The notes beneath the pieces are model-generated. The model searched no databases, was not told where the DNA came from, and was given only the letters and a program-made list of their open reading frames with translations. Shown piece after piece: positions 1-9,261 of a DNA stretch of 64,000 nucleotides. The DNA is from Flaviramulus sp. (GTDB lineage Bacteria; Bacteroidota; Bacteroidia; Flavobacteriales; Flavobacteriaceae). Each line of letters opens with the position of its first letter. The stretch's first letter is position 1. Both the position numbers and the translations under genes were made by a program. The stretch lies in the NCBI GenBank assembly GCA_013001275.1, contig JABDMV010000058.1, forward strand, positions 4,649-68,648, in the 5' to 3' direction.

Positions 1-12
1 GAAACTATTGTA

Positions 13-957
13 ATGGTTTCTGATGAATGGTTTATACCATTTTTAAGATTTGTTGGTATTGGTAAAAAGAATTATGTGCGAGCTGGTCATGCTGCTTTGG
101 TTTTAATTAATAAAGAATCTAGCGATTTGGAATATTATGATTTTGGAAGATACATAACACCGAAATCATACGGTAGAGTGCGAGGTTTTAAAACTGATAA
201 TGAATTACAAATACCGTTAAAAGCTGAAATAGAAAATGATACTATTTTAAATTTAAATGAGATTTTAAAGTTTTTTGCGACGCATCCTAAATTAACACAT
301 GGCGAAGGAAAGCTAGTGGCGTCAATTTGCATGGCAATAGATTATCAAAATGCCCAAAAACATATAAGCCACATGCAAAACAGACAATTTATATTGTATG
401 CTGCATTTAAAAAAGAAGCTAGTAATTGTTCTCGATTTGTAACTGATACCTTAATTTCATCAGTTACAGATAACAACATAAGAAGAAAGCTTGTAAAGTC
501 GAAATGGTTTACACCAAGTACTGTTGGAAATGTACTATTAGCAGATACCGAAAATTATGTTTATGAAGTTTCAGAACAGGGTAGAATCTCAAAATTTCGA
601 GGTTCTCAAAAAAGTGAAAATTTGCGTTATTTTCTAGATAATTTAAAAGATCATAAACCCAATTATGTCGGTACTATGGTGCCCAAAACTATTGATGATA
701 TAGGCGAAAACGCCCAATGGTTGCATGGTATTGGGTCAGGTGCGTGGTTTGAATTATACCAAAAATATAATGATAATGTGTATCGATTTAAACGAATTTC
801 AGTCCATGGAAATATAGATGTTGATGATAAATTTGTTGTTGATGACAGTTCGTTTAATTACGATTTAGAATATGAATTTTTACATGCCTCCAACTGTGAA
901 TTATTGCATGTAAAACAGAAAGATAGGATATTTAGATTTCACAAAAATAATTTTTAG
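13..957 (+). CDS. Hypothetical protein with an LRAT/NlpC-P60-like His...Cys pattern in the N-terminal half; possibly 5'-incomplete
   Basis: 314-aa ORF from the first ATG. The frame stays open back to position 1, so the true start may lie outside the window. His in 'RAGHAALVLI' and Cys in 'ASNCSRFV' lie about 110 aa apart, resembling the permuted His/NCEHF-type Cys layout of LRAT-like enzymes. The C-terminal 140 aa is unrecognised. Confidence 0.5.
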   Translation: MVSDEWFIPFLRFVGIGKKNYVRAGHAALVLINKESSDLEYYDFGRYITPKSYGRVRGFKTDNELQIPLKAEIENDTILNLNEILKFFATHPKLTHGEGKLVASICMAIDYQNAQKHISHMQNRQFILYAAFKKEASNCSRFVTDTLISSVTDNNIRRKLVKSKWFTPSTVGNVLLADTENYVYEVSEQGRISKFRGSQKSENLRYFLDNLKDHKPNYVGTMVPKTIDDIGENAQWLHGIGSGAWFELYQKYNDNVYRFKRISVHGNIDVDDKFVVDDSSFNYDLEYEFLHASNCELLHVKQKDRIFRFHKNNF

Positions 958-1143
958 GAATCTTTAAAACTAAAATGTATCTATCAATTATGTTAGGGAT
1001 TGAAACGGCATCCTTTTTAAAATGTAATAAACTATTAATTATGTGCAGTGAGAAAAGCTCACAAACGGGTATACACTTTGTAGTGGTGTAGAAAATTTAA
1101 AAAGATATAGTGAAAAGCCCGACCCGATAGGGTAACACCCTAA

Positions 1144-1530
1144 TTAATTTATAGCAAAAGGTGCACTTAATTTAAAAGTTGGAATAGTTACTTGAAACTT
1201 TTTTGTAGTGGTAAAGTTTACCATACTATAATGCCCTTGCATAGCGCCAAATGGCGATGCTAGTAAACAGCCAGATGTATAAGTGTGAGATTGTCCTGGT
1301 TTTAAAACTGGTTTTTTACCAATTACACCTTCGCCAGAAACGGTTTCAATATTATTTAAGGCATCTAATATTTCCCAGTGTCTCGCATTAAGTTGTACAG
1401 AGTCTTTACTTTGGTTTTCTATAGTAACGGTATATCCAAACGCATACTGCATTTTATAATTTTTATAAAACGAGCCTTCAAAGGTAGTTTCTACCGATAT
1501 TTTTATGCCACTTGTTACTTGTTGAACCAT
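1144..1530 (-). CDS. apaG: ApaG (DUF525) protein
   Basis: 128 aa. Typical ApaG length and motifs ('I.V.....F', 'Y.F.Y.V.I.N.....VQL..RHW.I.D', 'V.G.GV.G..P.L.PG....Y.S'). Confidence 0.85.
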   Translation of the reverse strand: MVQQVTSGIKISVETTFEGSFYKNYKMQYAFGYTVTIENQSKDSVQLNARHWEILDALNNIETVSGEGVIGKKPVLKPGQSHTYTSGCLLASPFGAMQGHYSMVNFTTTKKFQVTIPTFKLSAPFAIN

Positions 1531-1634
1531 ACTTTCTTTAATAACCTAATTATTAAGTGTGCTAAAATAATAAATATTAAGCAGTTGATTGTAAATAATT
1601 CCTTCTTTGATTAAAAAATTAGTTAAACGGCAGG

Positions 1635-2885
1635 TTAATTCGAGATATTAACCGAACTACCTTCGCCAATTCCAATAATTTTATCAAACCTTGCTCCCAA
1701 GTCTCTGTAATAAACCAGGACTTTGTAGTTGTTTTCGGTTTGATAGAAGTTTCCACCAATTAAACCTTCATCTATCGTATTATTGTTATTCAGCACCACA
1801 TATTTATAATTGTAAAATCCTTGTTTTAATAACATGGAATTCCGGAATACATTATTTTCTTCATCAAAGTACATTTTGGTAGTCTCATTTAATGAGTAAT
1901 TATTAAAATTACCATATACATAAATGGTTTTATCTTTTATAGTTTCATTGGCTTGTAAGGAAAAATGCATCCAAGCATAATCGGCTTCAATACTAGGGTC
2001 ATCTGCATCAATATTTAAAATTACGTAGTTCCCATTTATGTCAGGGTTGTAAGTATACGGTCTGTTGGCTCTTACAATATTGGTATATAGATAATTGTGA
2101 TATAAGTCTTTTAAATCTATGTATTGTATGCCTGTATTTGCAGCTCGAATGTCTTTATTTTCAAAATAGAAATACTCGTTACCACCCCAAAAACTAGTTT
2201 CATTGTCGTATTTATAAATGAGTTGATTGCCAATAGTGTATTGTGGTTTAATATTTGAAACAGCTGTTTTTAAATTATTATTTTGAATAATAACAGCTTT
2301 AACTGTTTGTGATGGATTGTTGATTTGCATGCTATTTGAAGCAATAACTATTTCAACACGTTGTTTAGCGTCTATATATTGAATGTCGCGTGCTCGTTTT
2401 ATATTTACACCTACGCTTGCGACATCTTCGTAAATCATAAATTTTCTTGAGAACACTAATTGGTTGTTATTATTAAAAATAGAAAGCATGTAATTACCTG
2501 ATATTTTCAAACCTTTTGTGAATGAGTTGGGAATAGTAAGTTTGTAATGCGAATAAATTTGATACGTGTTAAATGAGTTTTCGTAGTTTCTAATTCGCTG
2601 ATTATCAAAACCATCTAAATATTCGGATTTTATTAAAACTGAAGGCGTCCAATCATAATTAAAATAATCAATTTTATAATAATAATCGTCTTCAAAACCA
2701 TTTAAAGCATCGAATTCTAAAACTACATATTCACCTAATTTTAAAATAGGTAATTGAGTTTCTGGAGTATTCCCTTTAAAATTAATTGTTTTGATGTAAT
2801 CAGGTGGATTAACTTCTTCAACTTGTGCGAAAGAAATTAGAGGTATTAATATAAAAATGAGAATTTGTTTAATCTTTATTGGCAT
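1635..2885 (-). CDS. Secreted DUF5103-type protein (family linked to the T9SS SprA translocon plug)
   Basis: ORF is open to 2924, but a Sec signal 'MPIKIKQILIFILIPLISFAQ' begins at the ATG at 2885. About 415 aa, rich in Tyr/Asn beta-type sequence. The family call comes from memory of the Bacteroidota-specific DUF5103 and the common apaG-DUF5103-nqrA synteny. Confidence 0.5.
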   Translation of the reverse strand: MPIKIKQILIFILIPLISFAQVEEVNPPDYIKTINFKGNTPETQLPILKLGEYVVLEFDALNGFEDDYYYKIDYFNYDWTPSVLIKSEYLDGFDNQRIRNYENSFNTYQIYSHYKLTIPNSFTKGLKISGNYMLSIFNNNNQLVFSRKFMIYEDVASVGVNIKRARDIQYIDAKQRVEIVIASNSMQINNPSQTVKAVIIQNNNLKTAVSNIKPQYTIGNQLIYKYDNETSFWGGNEYFYFENKDIRAANTGIQYIDLKDLYHNYLYTNIVRANRPYTYNPDINGNYVILNIDADDPSIEADYAWMHFSLQANETIKDKTIYVYGNFNNYSLNETTKMYFDEENNVFRNSMLLKQGFYNYKYVVLNNNNTIDEGLIGGNFYQTENNYKVLVYYRDLGARFDKIIGIGEGSSVNISN

Positions 2886-3006
2886 TTTAACTTTGATTAG
2901 CTCGTAAAGATAAACAAAATCCATGCCTAAATAATTTTCGTTATTTAGATTAAATATAAATAATTAACTTGAAATTTTTTGAATGAAATTTGTTGCTTTT
3001 AATTCG

Positions 3007-3014
3007 TATTTTTG
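3007..3014 (+). promoter_or_regulatory. Bacteroidota-type -7 promoter box (TATTTTTG) upstream of nqrA
   Basis: Matches TAnnTTTG, 38 nt upstream of the nqrA ATG. TTG/TTTG elements at 2978-2995 are candidate -33 boxes but the spacing is imperfect. Confidence 0.4.
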
Positions 3015-3052
3015 CGACGATTTTTTAGACAATTAATTTCAAAAAAATAAAT

Positions 3053-4408
3053 ATGTCAAACGACATTCGTATTAAAAAAGGTCTGGACATTAAACTTATA
3101 GGTGAAGCTGAAAAAACTGTTGAGCAAGCAGTAATCAGTAACTACTGCACCGTAAGACCAGAAGATTTTCATAGCGTTGTTCCAAAACTTGTTGCGAAAG
3201 AAGGTGCTGTTGTAAAAGCAGGAGAGACTTTGTTTTATGACAAATCAAATGAAGTTATCACGTTTTCATCTCCGGTATCAGGGAAAGTTTTAGAAGTAAT
3301 TCGTGGCCCAAAGAGACGCATTGATGCTATAAAAATTGAAGCTGATAAAACTCAATCTTATAAAGATTATGGGGTTTTTAATTTGGATAATGCCACTGCT
3401 GAAAGTGTTAAAGCACATTTCTTAAATTCTGGATGTTGGCCGTTTATTAAACAACGTCCGTATGATGTAATTGCAAATCCTAATAAATCGCCAAAAGCGA
3501 TTTTTATTTCTGGTTATGCAAGTGCTCCATTAGCTGCTAATTTAGATTTTACTTTGAAAGGTAAAGAAGCTGAATTACAGGCTGCAATTACTGCACTTGG
3601 TAAACTTACCGAAGGCGTAGTAAATGTCTCAGTGGCTAGTAATAGTTCGCCGTTAGCTGGATTAAATGGTATTACTTTACACCATGTTTCGGGTCCGCAT
3701 CCTTCAGGAAATGTTGGAACGCTTATAAATAAGGTGAATCCAGTAAATAAAGGAGAAGTTGTTTGGACAGTTAATGCACAAGACCTTGTAATAATTGGAG
3801 AGTTATTGTTAACTGGAAAATTTAATGCAGAACGAGTTATTGCATTAGTTGGTTCTTCTGTTGAAAAACCAAGATATTTTAAAACTAAAATTGGTAGTGA
3901 AGTTTCAACAATAGTTTATGATAAAGGTATTAAAAAAGGTGGCTTACATGACCGAATAATTTCTGGGAACGTATTATCAGGAAAAGAAGTTGAACCCGAT
4001 GGCGCTTTAGATTATTACAGTAATGTAATCTCGGTAATTCCGGAAGGTGATGATTATGAGTTTTTTGGTTGGAATAAACCTGTGTTTAATAAATTATCTG
4101 TTTCAAGAGCGTTAACATTTTCTTGGTTAAACCCTAATAAGAAGTACGACTTAAATACCAATACAAATGGTGAGCATCGTGCATTTGTAACTACGGGTAC
4201 ATACGAAGAAGTATTTCCATTGGATATTTATCCAATGCAAATTTTAAAAGCATGTATGTATCAAGATTTAGATGAAATGGAAGCTTTAGGGATGTATGAA
4301 GTTGCACCAGAAGATTTCGCTTTAACAGAATTTGTTTGTGTATCTAAACAGCCACATCAAAAAATAATAAGAGCAGGATTAGACCTAATGCTTAAAGAAA
4401 TTGGTTAA
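3053..4408 (+). CDS. nqrA: Na+-translocating NADH:quinone oxidoreductase subunit A
   Basis: 451 aa with N-terminus 'IKKGLDIKL.GEAE', soluble, first gene of a six-gene nqr operon in canonical order. Confidence 0.93.
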   Translation: MSNDIRIKKGLDIKLIGEAEKTVEQAVISNYCTVRPEDFHSVVPKLVAKEGAVVKAGETLFYDKSNEVITFSSPVSGKVLEVIRGPKRRIDAIKIEADKTQSYKDYGVFNLDNATAESVKAHFLNSGCWPFIKQRPYDVIANPNKSPKAIFISGYASAPLAANLDFTLKGKEAELQAAITALGKLTEGVVNVSVASNSSPLAGLNGITLHHVSGPHPSGNVGTLINKVNPVNKGEVVWTVNAQDLVIIGELLLTGKFNAERVIALVGSSVEKPRYFKTKIGSEVSTIVYDKGIKKGGLHDRIISGNVLSGKEVEPDGALDYYSNVISVIPEGDDYEFFGWNKPVFNKLSVSRALTFSWLNPNKKYDLNTNTNGEHRAFVTTGTYEEVFPLDIYPMQILKACMYQDLDEMEALGMYEVAPEDFALTEFVCVSKQPHQKIIRAGLDLMLKEIG

Positions 4409-4446
4409 TTATTCATTGAGTGTAGTGAAATGAAAAATATTACAAA

Positions 4447-5670
4447 ATGAAATTAAAGACAAGATTACATATCTTAAAACGAAAGTATAGAAATTCCAAA
4501 ATGGCGCCAGCATTTAATGCACTCCATACGTTTTTATATTTGCCAGACGAAACAACCCATGGAGGTACTCATATAAAAGCAGCGGACGATTTAAAGCGTA
4601 CCATGAATACCGTAATAATGGCGCTGATTCCATGTTTAATATTTGGTATGTTTAATGCTGGGTATCAACATTATGTAGCCCAAGGATTAATAGAATCCGC
4701 AGACGGCTTTTTAGGGGCTTCATTCTGGACATTAGATAATCTTATTATAGGTGCATGGACGGTTTTACCTTTAGTTGTAGTATCCTATGGTGTAGGACTG
4801 GCAGTAGAATTTGTCTTTGCTATTATAAAAGGTCATGAGGTTGAGGAGGGCTATTTAGTAACTGGTATGTTAGTGCCATTGATTGTTCCTATAGATATTC
4901 CATTGTGGATGTTAGCCGTTGCAGTTGTTTTTGGTGTTGTAATAGGTAAAGAAGTTTTCGGTGGTACTGGAATGAACATTCTTAATCCTGCATTAACAAT
5001 AAGAGCGTTCTTATTTTTTGCGTATCCTACGTGGATGTCTGGTGACAAAGTGTGGGTACATGGTGCGGTTGAGCGCGATCAAGCTATAGCAGCAGGTCAA
5101 AACCTAGATGCTATTTCAGGGGAAACTATTTTAGGAACCTATGCGGCTAACAATCCTGTAGATTACAGTTATCTAGATATGTTTTGGGGTATTATACCTG
5201 GTTCTGTTGGTGAGACCTCGAAATTTTTAATCATAATAGGTGCTTTATTCTTAATTTTTACTAAGATAGGAAGTTGGAGAATAATGCTAAGTACTGTTTT
5301 AGGTGCATTAGTTATGGGCTTAATATTTAATGGTGTTGTAGATGCAGGTTGGATAGGTGAAACAAGTAAGTTTTACGGATTAATGAGTGTACCATTCTGG
5401 CAACACATCATCATCGGAAGTATTTTATTTGGTGCTGTTTATATGGCAACAGATCCTGTTACAGCGTCTCAAACTAATAAAGGTAAATGGATATATGGAT
5501 TTTTAATTGGTTTTATATCGATTATGATTCGTGTGTTTAACCCAGCTTATCCAGAAGGTGTATTCTTAGCAATTTTGTTAATGAATGTATTTGCACCAAC
5601 AATAGACCACTATGTGGTTCAGGGAAATGTAAAAAGAAGATTAAAACGTTTAAAAGTAAAAGCAGCATAA
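4447..5670 (+). CDS. nqrB: Na+-NQR subunit B
   Basis: 407-aa polytopic membrane protein following nqrA. FMN-attachment-type motif 'DAISGET', plus 'YMATDPVT' near the C-terminus. Confidence 0.93.
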   Translation: MKLKTRLHILKRKYRNSKMAPAFNALHTFLYLPDETTHGGTHIKAADDLKRTMNTVIMALIPCLIFGMFNAGYQHYVAQGLIESADGFLGASFWTLDNLIIGAWTVLPLVVVSYGVGLAVEFVFAIIKGHEVEEGYLVTGMLVPLIVPIDIPLWMLAVAVVFGVVIGKEVFGGTGMNILNPALTIRAFLFFAYPTWMSGDKVWVHGAVERDQAIAAGQNLDAISGETILGTYAANNPVDYSYLDMFWGIIPGSVGETSKFLIIIGALFLIFTKIGSWRIMLSTVLGALVMGLIFNGVVDAGWIGETSKFYGLMSVPFWQHIIIGSILFGAVYMATDPVTASQTNKGKWIYGFLIGFISIMIRVFNPAYPEGVFLAILLMNVFAPTIDHYVVQGNVKRRLKRLKVKAA

Positions 5671-5673
5671 GTT

Positions 5674-6420
5674 ATGGCAATTGATACTGATAAAAACAGT
5701 TACACCGTTATATTCGCTATCGTTATGGTGATAGTTGTAGGTGCTATTCTTGCAGGATTAGCATCAGGTTTAAAGCCAATGGTAAAAGCTAACGAGCGTT
5801 ACGAAAAGCAACAAAATATTTTGTATGCAATGGGCGTGAATAATAATGAAGGGACGAGTGATGTTGAATTTATTTCAACGGATGTTGTAGAAGACGTTTT
5901 TAAAGAATATATTAAAAAGCAGTATGTTATTCAAGGAGGAGAAATTACCGAGAATCCAGAAGCTTATTTAATTGATATTAAAAAAGAAAGTACCAAAGCA
6001 AAAGATCCAAATTACCAAAGACGCCTGCCGCTTTTTGTTGGTGAAAAGGATGGCGAGCAAATTTATATAGTGCCCGTTAGAGGTAAAGGACTCTGGGATG
6101 CTATCTGGGGATTTGTTGCTATGGATGAGGGGATGACGGTAAAAGGAGTTTATTTTGATCACAAAGGAGAAACTCCAGGCTTAGGAGCAAATATAAAAGA
6201 GCGTTTTTTTATGGATGACTTTACAGGTGAAGAGTTTTTAGATGGAAGCGAATTTAAAGGTATTAAAGTAGCTAAGGGAAATAATGATCCTAAAAATGAA
6301 ATTAAGGACGATTATGAAGTAGATGCTATTGCAGGTTCTACAATTACAGGCGATGGTGTAACAACCATGCTAAAAAAGGATGTTCAAATGTACAAGTCAT
6401 ATTTCGAGACTTTAAATTAA
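5674..6420 (+). CDS. nqrC: Na+-NQR subunit C
   Basis: 248 aa, single N-terminal TM helix, FMN_bind-type motif 'DAIAGSTITGDGV'. Starts 4 nt after nqrB. Confidence 0.93.
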   Translation: MAIDTDKNSYTVIFAIVMVIVVGAILAGLASGLKPMVKANERYEKQQNILYAMGVNNNEGTSDVEFISTDVVEDVFKEYIKKQYVIQGGEITENPEAYLIDIKKESTKAKDPNYQRRLPLFVGEKDGEQIYIVPVRGKGLWDAIWGFVAMDEGMTVKGVYFDHKGETPGLGANIKERFFMDDFTGEEFLDGSEFKGIKVAKGNNDPKNEIKDDYEVDAIAGSTITGDGVTTMLKKDVQMYKSYFETLN

Positions 6421-6430
6421 TAAAACCACT

Positions 6431-7075
6431 ATGGGACTTTTATCAAAAAAAGACACAAAATTAATAACAGATCCATTAGCGGACAACAACCCAATTACCA
6501 TTCAGGTATTAGGTATTTGTTCGGCTCTAGCAATTACAGCCCAATTAAAGCCATCTATTGTTATGGCCATTTCTGTAATTTTTGTAATGGGTGTTGGTAA
6601 CATTGTTATTTCGTTAATGCGAAATATTATTCCATCAAAAATTAGAATTATCGTTCAGCTTATTGTAGTTGCAACTTTAGTGATTATAGTAGATCAAGTT
6701 CTAAAAGCCTTTGCATACTCGCTGAGTAAAGAGTTGTCTGTTTTCATAGGGCTTATAATTACCAATTGTATTATTATGGGACGATTTGAAGCTTTTGCCC
6801 TTGGTAACGGCGTATGGCGTTCGTTTTTAGACGGAGTTGGTAATGCACTAGGCTATGGTGTTATTTTAATTATCGTTGGTTTTTTTAGAGAGTTATTAGG
6901 TTCAGGTACTTTATTTGGATTGAAAGTTTTGGGCGATTCAGTTGAGAAAACAGGATTATACGCTTATGGATATGAAAATAACGGTTTTATGGTTTTACCA
7001 CCAATGGCGCTAATTGTTGTAGGTATAATTATCTGGATTCAAAGAAGCAGAAATAAAGCATTAATAGAAGACTAA
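6431..7075 (+). CDS. nqrD: Na+-NQR subunit D
   Basis: 214 aa. 'DPLADNNPI..QVLGICSALA' and 'NCIIMGR.EAFA' hallmarks of NqrD/RnfE-type subunits. Confidence 0.93.
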   Translation: MGLLSKKDTKLITDPLADNNPITIQVLGICSALAITAQLKPSIVMAISVIFVMGVGNIVISLMRNIIPSKIRIIVQLIVVATLVIIVDQVLKAFAYSLSKELSVFIGLIITNCIIMGRFEAFALGNGVWRSFLDGVGNALGYGVILIIVGFFRELLGSGTLFGLKVLGDSVEKTGLYAYGYENNGFMVLPPMALIVVGIIIWIQRSRNKALIED

Positions 7076-7124
7076 TACAAAGTGATATCCGGAATTTATT
7101 TCCGAATCTCAAACTTAAAAATAT

Positions 7125-7853
7125 ATGGAACATTTAGAGTTATTTTTTAAATCGATTTTTGTTGATAACATGGTATTTGCATATTTCTTAGGAATGTGTT
7201 CTTACCTTGCTGTATCAAAGAAAGTATCAACAGCTGTTGGTCTTGGTGCAGCAGTAATATTTGTTTTAATGATAACAGTGCCTCTAAACTGGTTGCTGGA
7301 TCAGTATTTACTACAAGAAGGTGCTTTATCATGGTTAGGTGAAGAGTATGCAAGCTATGACTTAAGCTTCTTATCTTTTATAATGTTTATTGCGACTATC
7401 GCAACTATGGTACAATTAGTTGAAATAATTGTGGAGAAATTTTCTCCATCCTTATATAATTCGTTAGGTATCTTTTTACCATTAATTGCTGTTAACTGTG
7501 CCATTTTAGGTGGATCACTATTTATGCAATCTAGAGAAATAGAAACTTTAGGTTTAGCATTTAACTATGGTATTTCATCTGGTATTGGTTGGTTTTTAGC
7601 AATTATTGCCATAGCAGCAATTAGAGAAAAAATTAGATATTCGGCTGTACCACCAGCGTTAAGAGGCTTAGGAATTACTTTTATAATCACAGGACTTATG
7701 GCGATTGGTTTTATGAGTTTTGGAGGTATGCTAACCGGAGGAGATGATGCACCAAAAGCAGAAGATAAAACTGCTATAATAAAAAATGAAATAGAAAAAG
7801 AAACTGAAGATGCTACCGAAACAGTAAGCTTGGTAGTGGATTTGACAAAATAA
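7125..7853 (+). CDS. nqrE: Na+-NQR subunit E with an extra charged tail of about 40 aa at the C-terminus
   Basis: N-terminus 'MEHLELFFKSIFVDNMVFAYFLGMC' and 'AVNCAILGG' are typical of NqrE. The conserved end 'GLMAIGFMSFGG' is followed by 'MLTGGDDAPKAEDKTAIIKNEIEKETEDATETVSLVVDLTK'. Confidence 0.9.
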   Translation: MEHLELFFKSIFVDNMVFAYFLGMCSYLAVSKKVSTAVGLGAAVIFVLMITVPLNWLLDQYLLQEGALSWLGEEYASYDLSFLSFIMFIATIATMVQLVEIIVEKFSPSLYNSLGIFLPLIAVNCAILGGSLFMQSREIETLGLAFNYGISSGIGWFLAIIAIAAIREKIRYSAVPPALRGLGITFIITGLMAIGFMSFGGMLTGGDDAPKAEDKTAIIKNEIEKETEDATETVSLVVDLTK

Positions 7854-7860
7854 TTAATAT

Positions 7861-9171
7861 ATGATGATATTAGCCGCAAGTACTATCGGAACAATTATAG
7901 CGACAGTCGCAGCCTTTTTATTGGTGACGTTATTGTTAGTTGCTTTATTATTAGTTGTAAAGCAAAAACTTTCACCATCTGGACCAGTAAAGATATTAAT
8001 TAATGGTGAACGTGAAATAGAGGTTGCCTCAGGAAGCACATTGTTAAACACGCTAAGTAGTAACAAGGTATTTTTACCATCAGCATGCGGTGGCGGAGGT
8101 ACTTGTATTCAATGTGAATGTCATGTATTATCAGGCGGTGGTGAAGCTTTACCAACTGAGACACCACACTTCTCGAGAAAAGAGTTAGCTGAAGGTGCCC
8201 GTTTATCTTGCCAGGTAAAAGTAAAGCAAGATATGGAAATCACCATTCCAGAAGAGGTTTTTGGTATTAAAAAATGGGAAGCAACTGTAGTACGTAACTA
8301 TAATGTGGCATCATTTATAAAGGAATTTGTTGTTGAAATTCCTGAAGATATGGGCTATAAGGCTGGTGGATATATTCAAATTGAAATTCCTCCATGTGAA
8401 GTAAAATATACCGACATGGATATTACAGCACATCCTGATGAACATGAATCACCAGATAAGTTTCAAGCAGAATGGGATAAGTTTGGTTTATGGCCGTTGG
8501 TAATGAAAAATAATGAAACTATAGAAAGAGCATATTCAATGGCTTCATACCCTGCTGAAGGGCGCGAAATTATGTTAAATGTGCGTGTAGCATGTCCACC
8601 ATGGGATCGTGCTAAAAACGGATGGATGGATGTAAATCCCGGTATAGCGTCATCTTATATATTTAATCAAAAGCCCGGAGATAAAGTGACCATATCTGGT
8701 CCTTATGGCGAATTTTTTATAAACGAATCAGAAAGCGAAATGCTTTATGTTGGTGGTGGTGCTGGTATGGCTCCAATGCGTTCGCATTTATATCATTTAT
8801 TCAGAACCTTGAAAACTGGCAGAAAAGTTTCTTATTGGTATGGTGGTAGATCCAAACGTGAATTATTCTATTTAGAACATTTTGAAGCATTGGAACGAGA
8901 TTTTCCAAACTTTAAATTTCACTTAGCATTGTCAGAACCATTACCCGAAGATGACTGGAAAGTAAAGGAAAACATTGATGCTCCAGGCGATGGGTTTGTT
9001 GGATTTATTCACAACTGTGTTATTGACAACTATTTAAAGCATCATGAGTCTCCAGAAGATATTGAATTGTATTTTTGTGGGCCTCCATTAATGAACAAAG
9101 CGGTTCAAAAAATGGGTGAAGACTTTGGAATCCCTGATGAACATATCAGATTTGATGATTTTGGTGGATAA
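7861..9171 (+). CDS. nqrF: Na+-NQR subunit F (2Fe-2S ferredoxin / FAD / NADH domains)
   Basis: N-terminal TM helix, Cys cluster 'CGGGGTCIQCEC', FAD motif 'RAYSMAS', NAD motif 'GGGAGMAPMRS'. Confidence 0.95.
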   Translation: MMILAASTIGTIIATVAAFLLVTLLLVALLLVVKQKLSPSGPVKILINGEREIEVASGSTLLNTLSSNKVFLPSACGGGGTCIQCECHVLSGGGEALPTETPHFSRKELAEGARLSCQVKVKQDMEITIPEEVFGIKKWEATVVRNYNVASFIKEFVVEIPEDMGYKAGGYIQIEIPPCEVKYTDMDITAHPDEHESPDKFQAEWDKFGLWPLVMKNNETIERAYSMASYPAEGREIMLNVRVACPPWDRAKNGWMDVNPGIASSYIFNQKPGDKVTISGPYGEFFINESESEMLYVGGGAGMAPMRSHLYHLFRTLKTGRKVSYWYGGRSKRELFYLEHFEALERDFPNFKFHLALSEPLPEDDWKVKENIDAPGDGFVGFIHNCVIDNYLKHHESPEDIELYFCGPPLMNKAVQKMGEDFGIPDEHIRFDDFGG

Positions 9172-9197
9172 TATAATCACCTTTATAAATAAAAAAG

Positions 9198-9224
9198 AAA
9201 CCGACTTTAAAGTCGGTTTTTTTA
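9198..9224 (+). terminator. Rho-independent terminator after nqrF
   Basis: Hairpin aaaccgact-ttaa-agtcggttt followed by a T-run, 27 nt after the nqrF stop. Confidence 0.8.
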
Positions 9225-9261
9225 TGCCTTAATTTTAAGTTTTTTGCTTTAGGATGTTTAT

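Noticed and set aside
993-1010. The sequence 'gttagggattgaaac' resembles the 3' end of some CRISPR repeats (…ATTGAAAC).
   Set aside because: It occurs only once. There are no spaced repeats anywhere in the window and no cas genes. Most likely a chance match in an intergenic region.
958-1143. A 186-nt gap between convergent genes contains several short hairpins (gtgag-aaaag-ctcac, tacac...gtgta, agggt-aac-accct), raising the possibility of a small RNA.
   Set aside because: The stems are only 5 bp. No promoter box is visible, and the location between two convergent 3' ends is adequately explained by weak terminators.
7076-7124. A small hairpin (cggaa-tttat-ttccg) in the nqrD-nqrE spacer.
   Set aside because: The stem is only 5 bp and there is no T-run. 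It is too weak to call as an attenuator or processing site.
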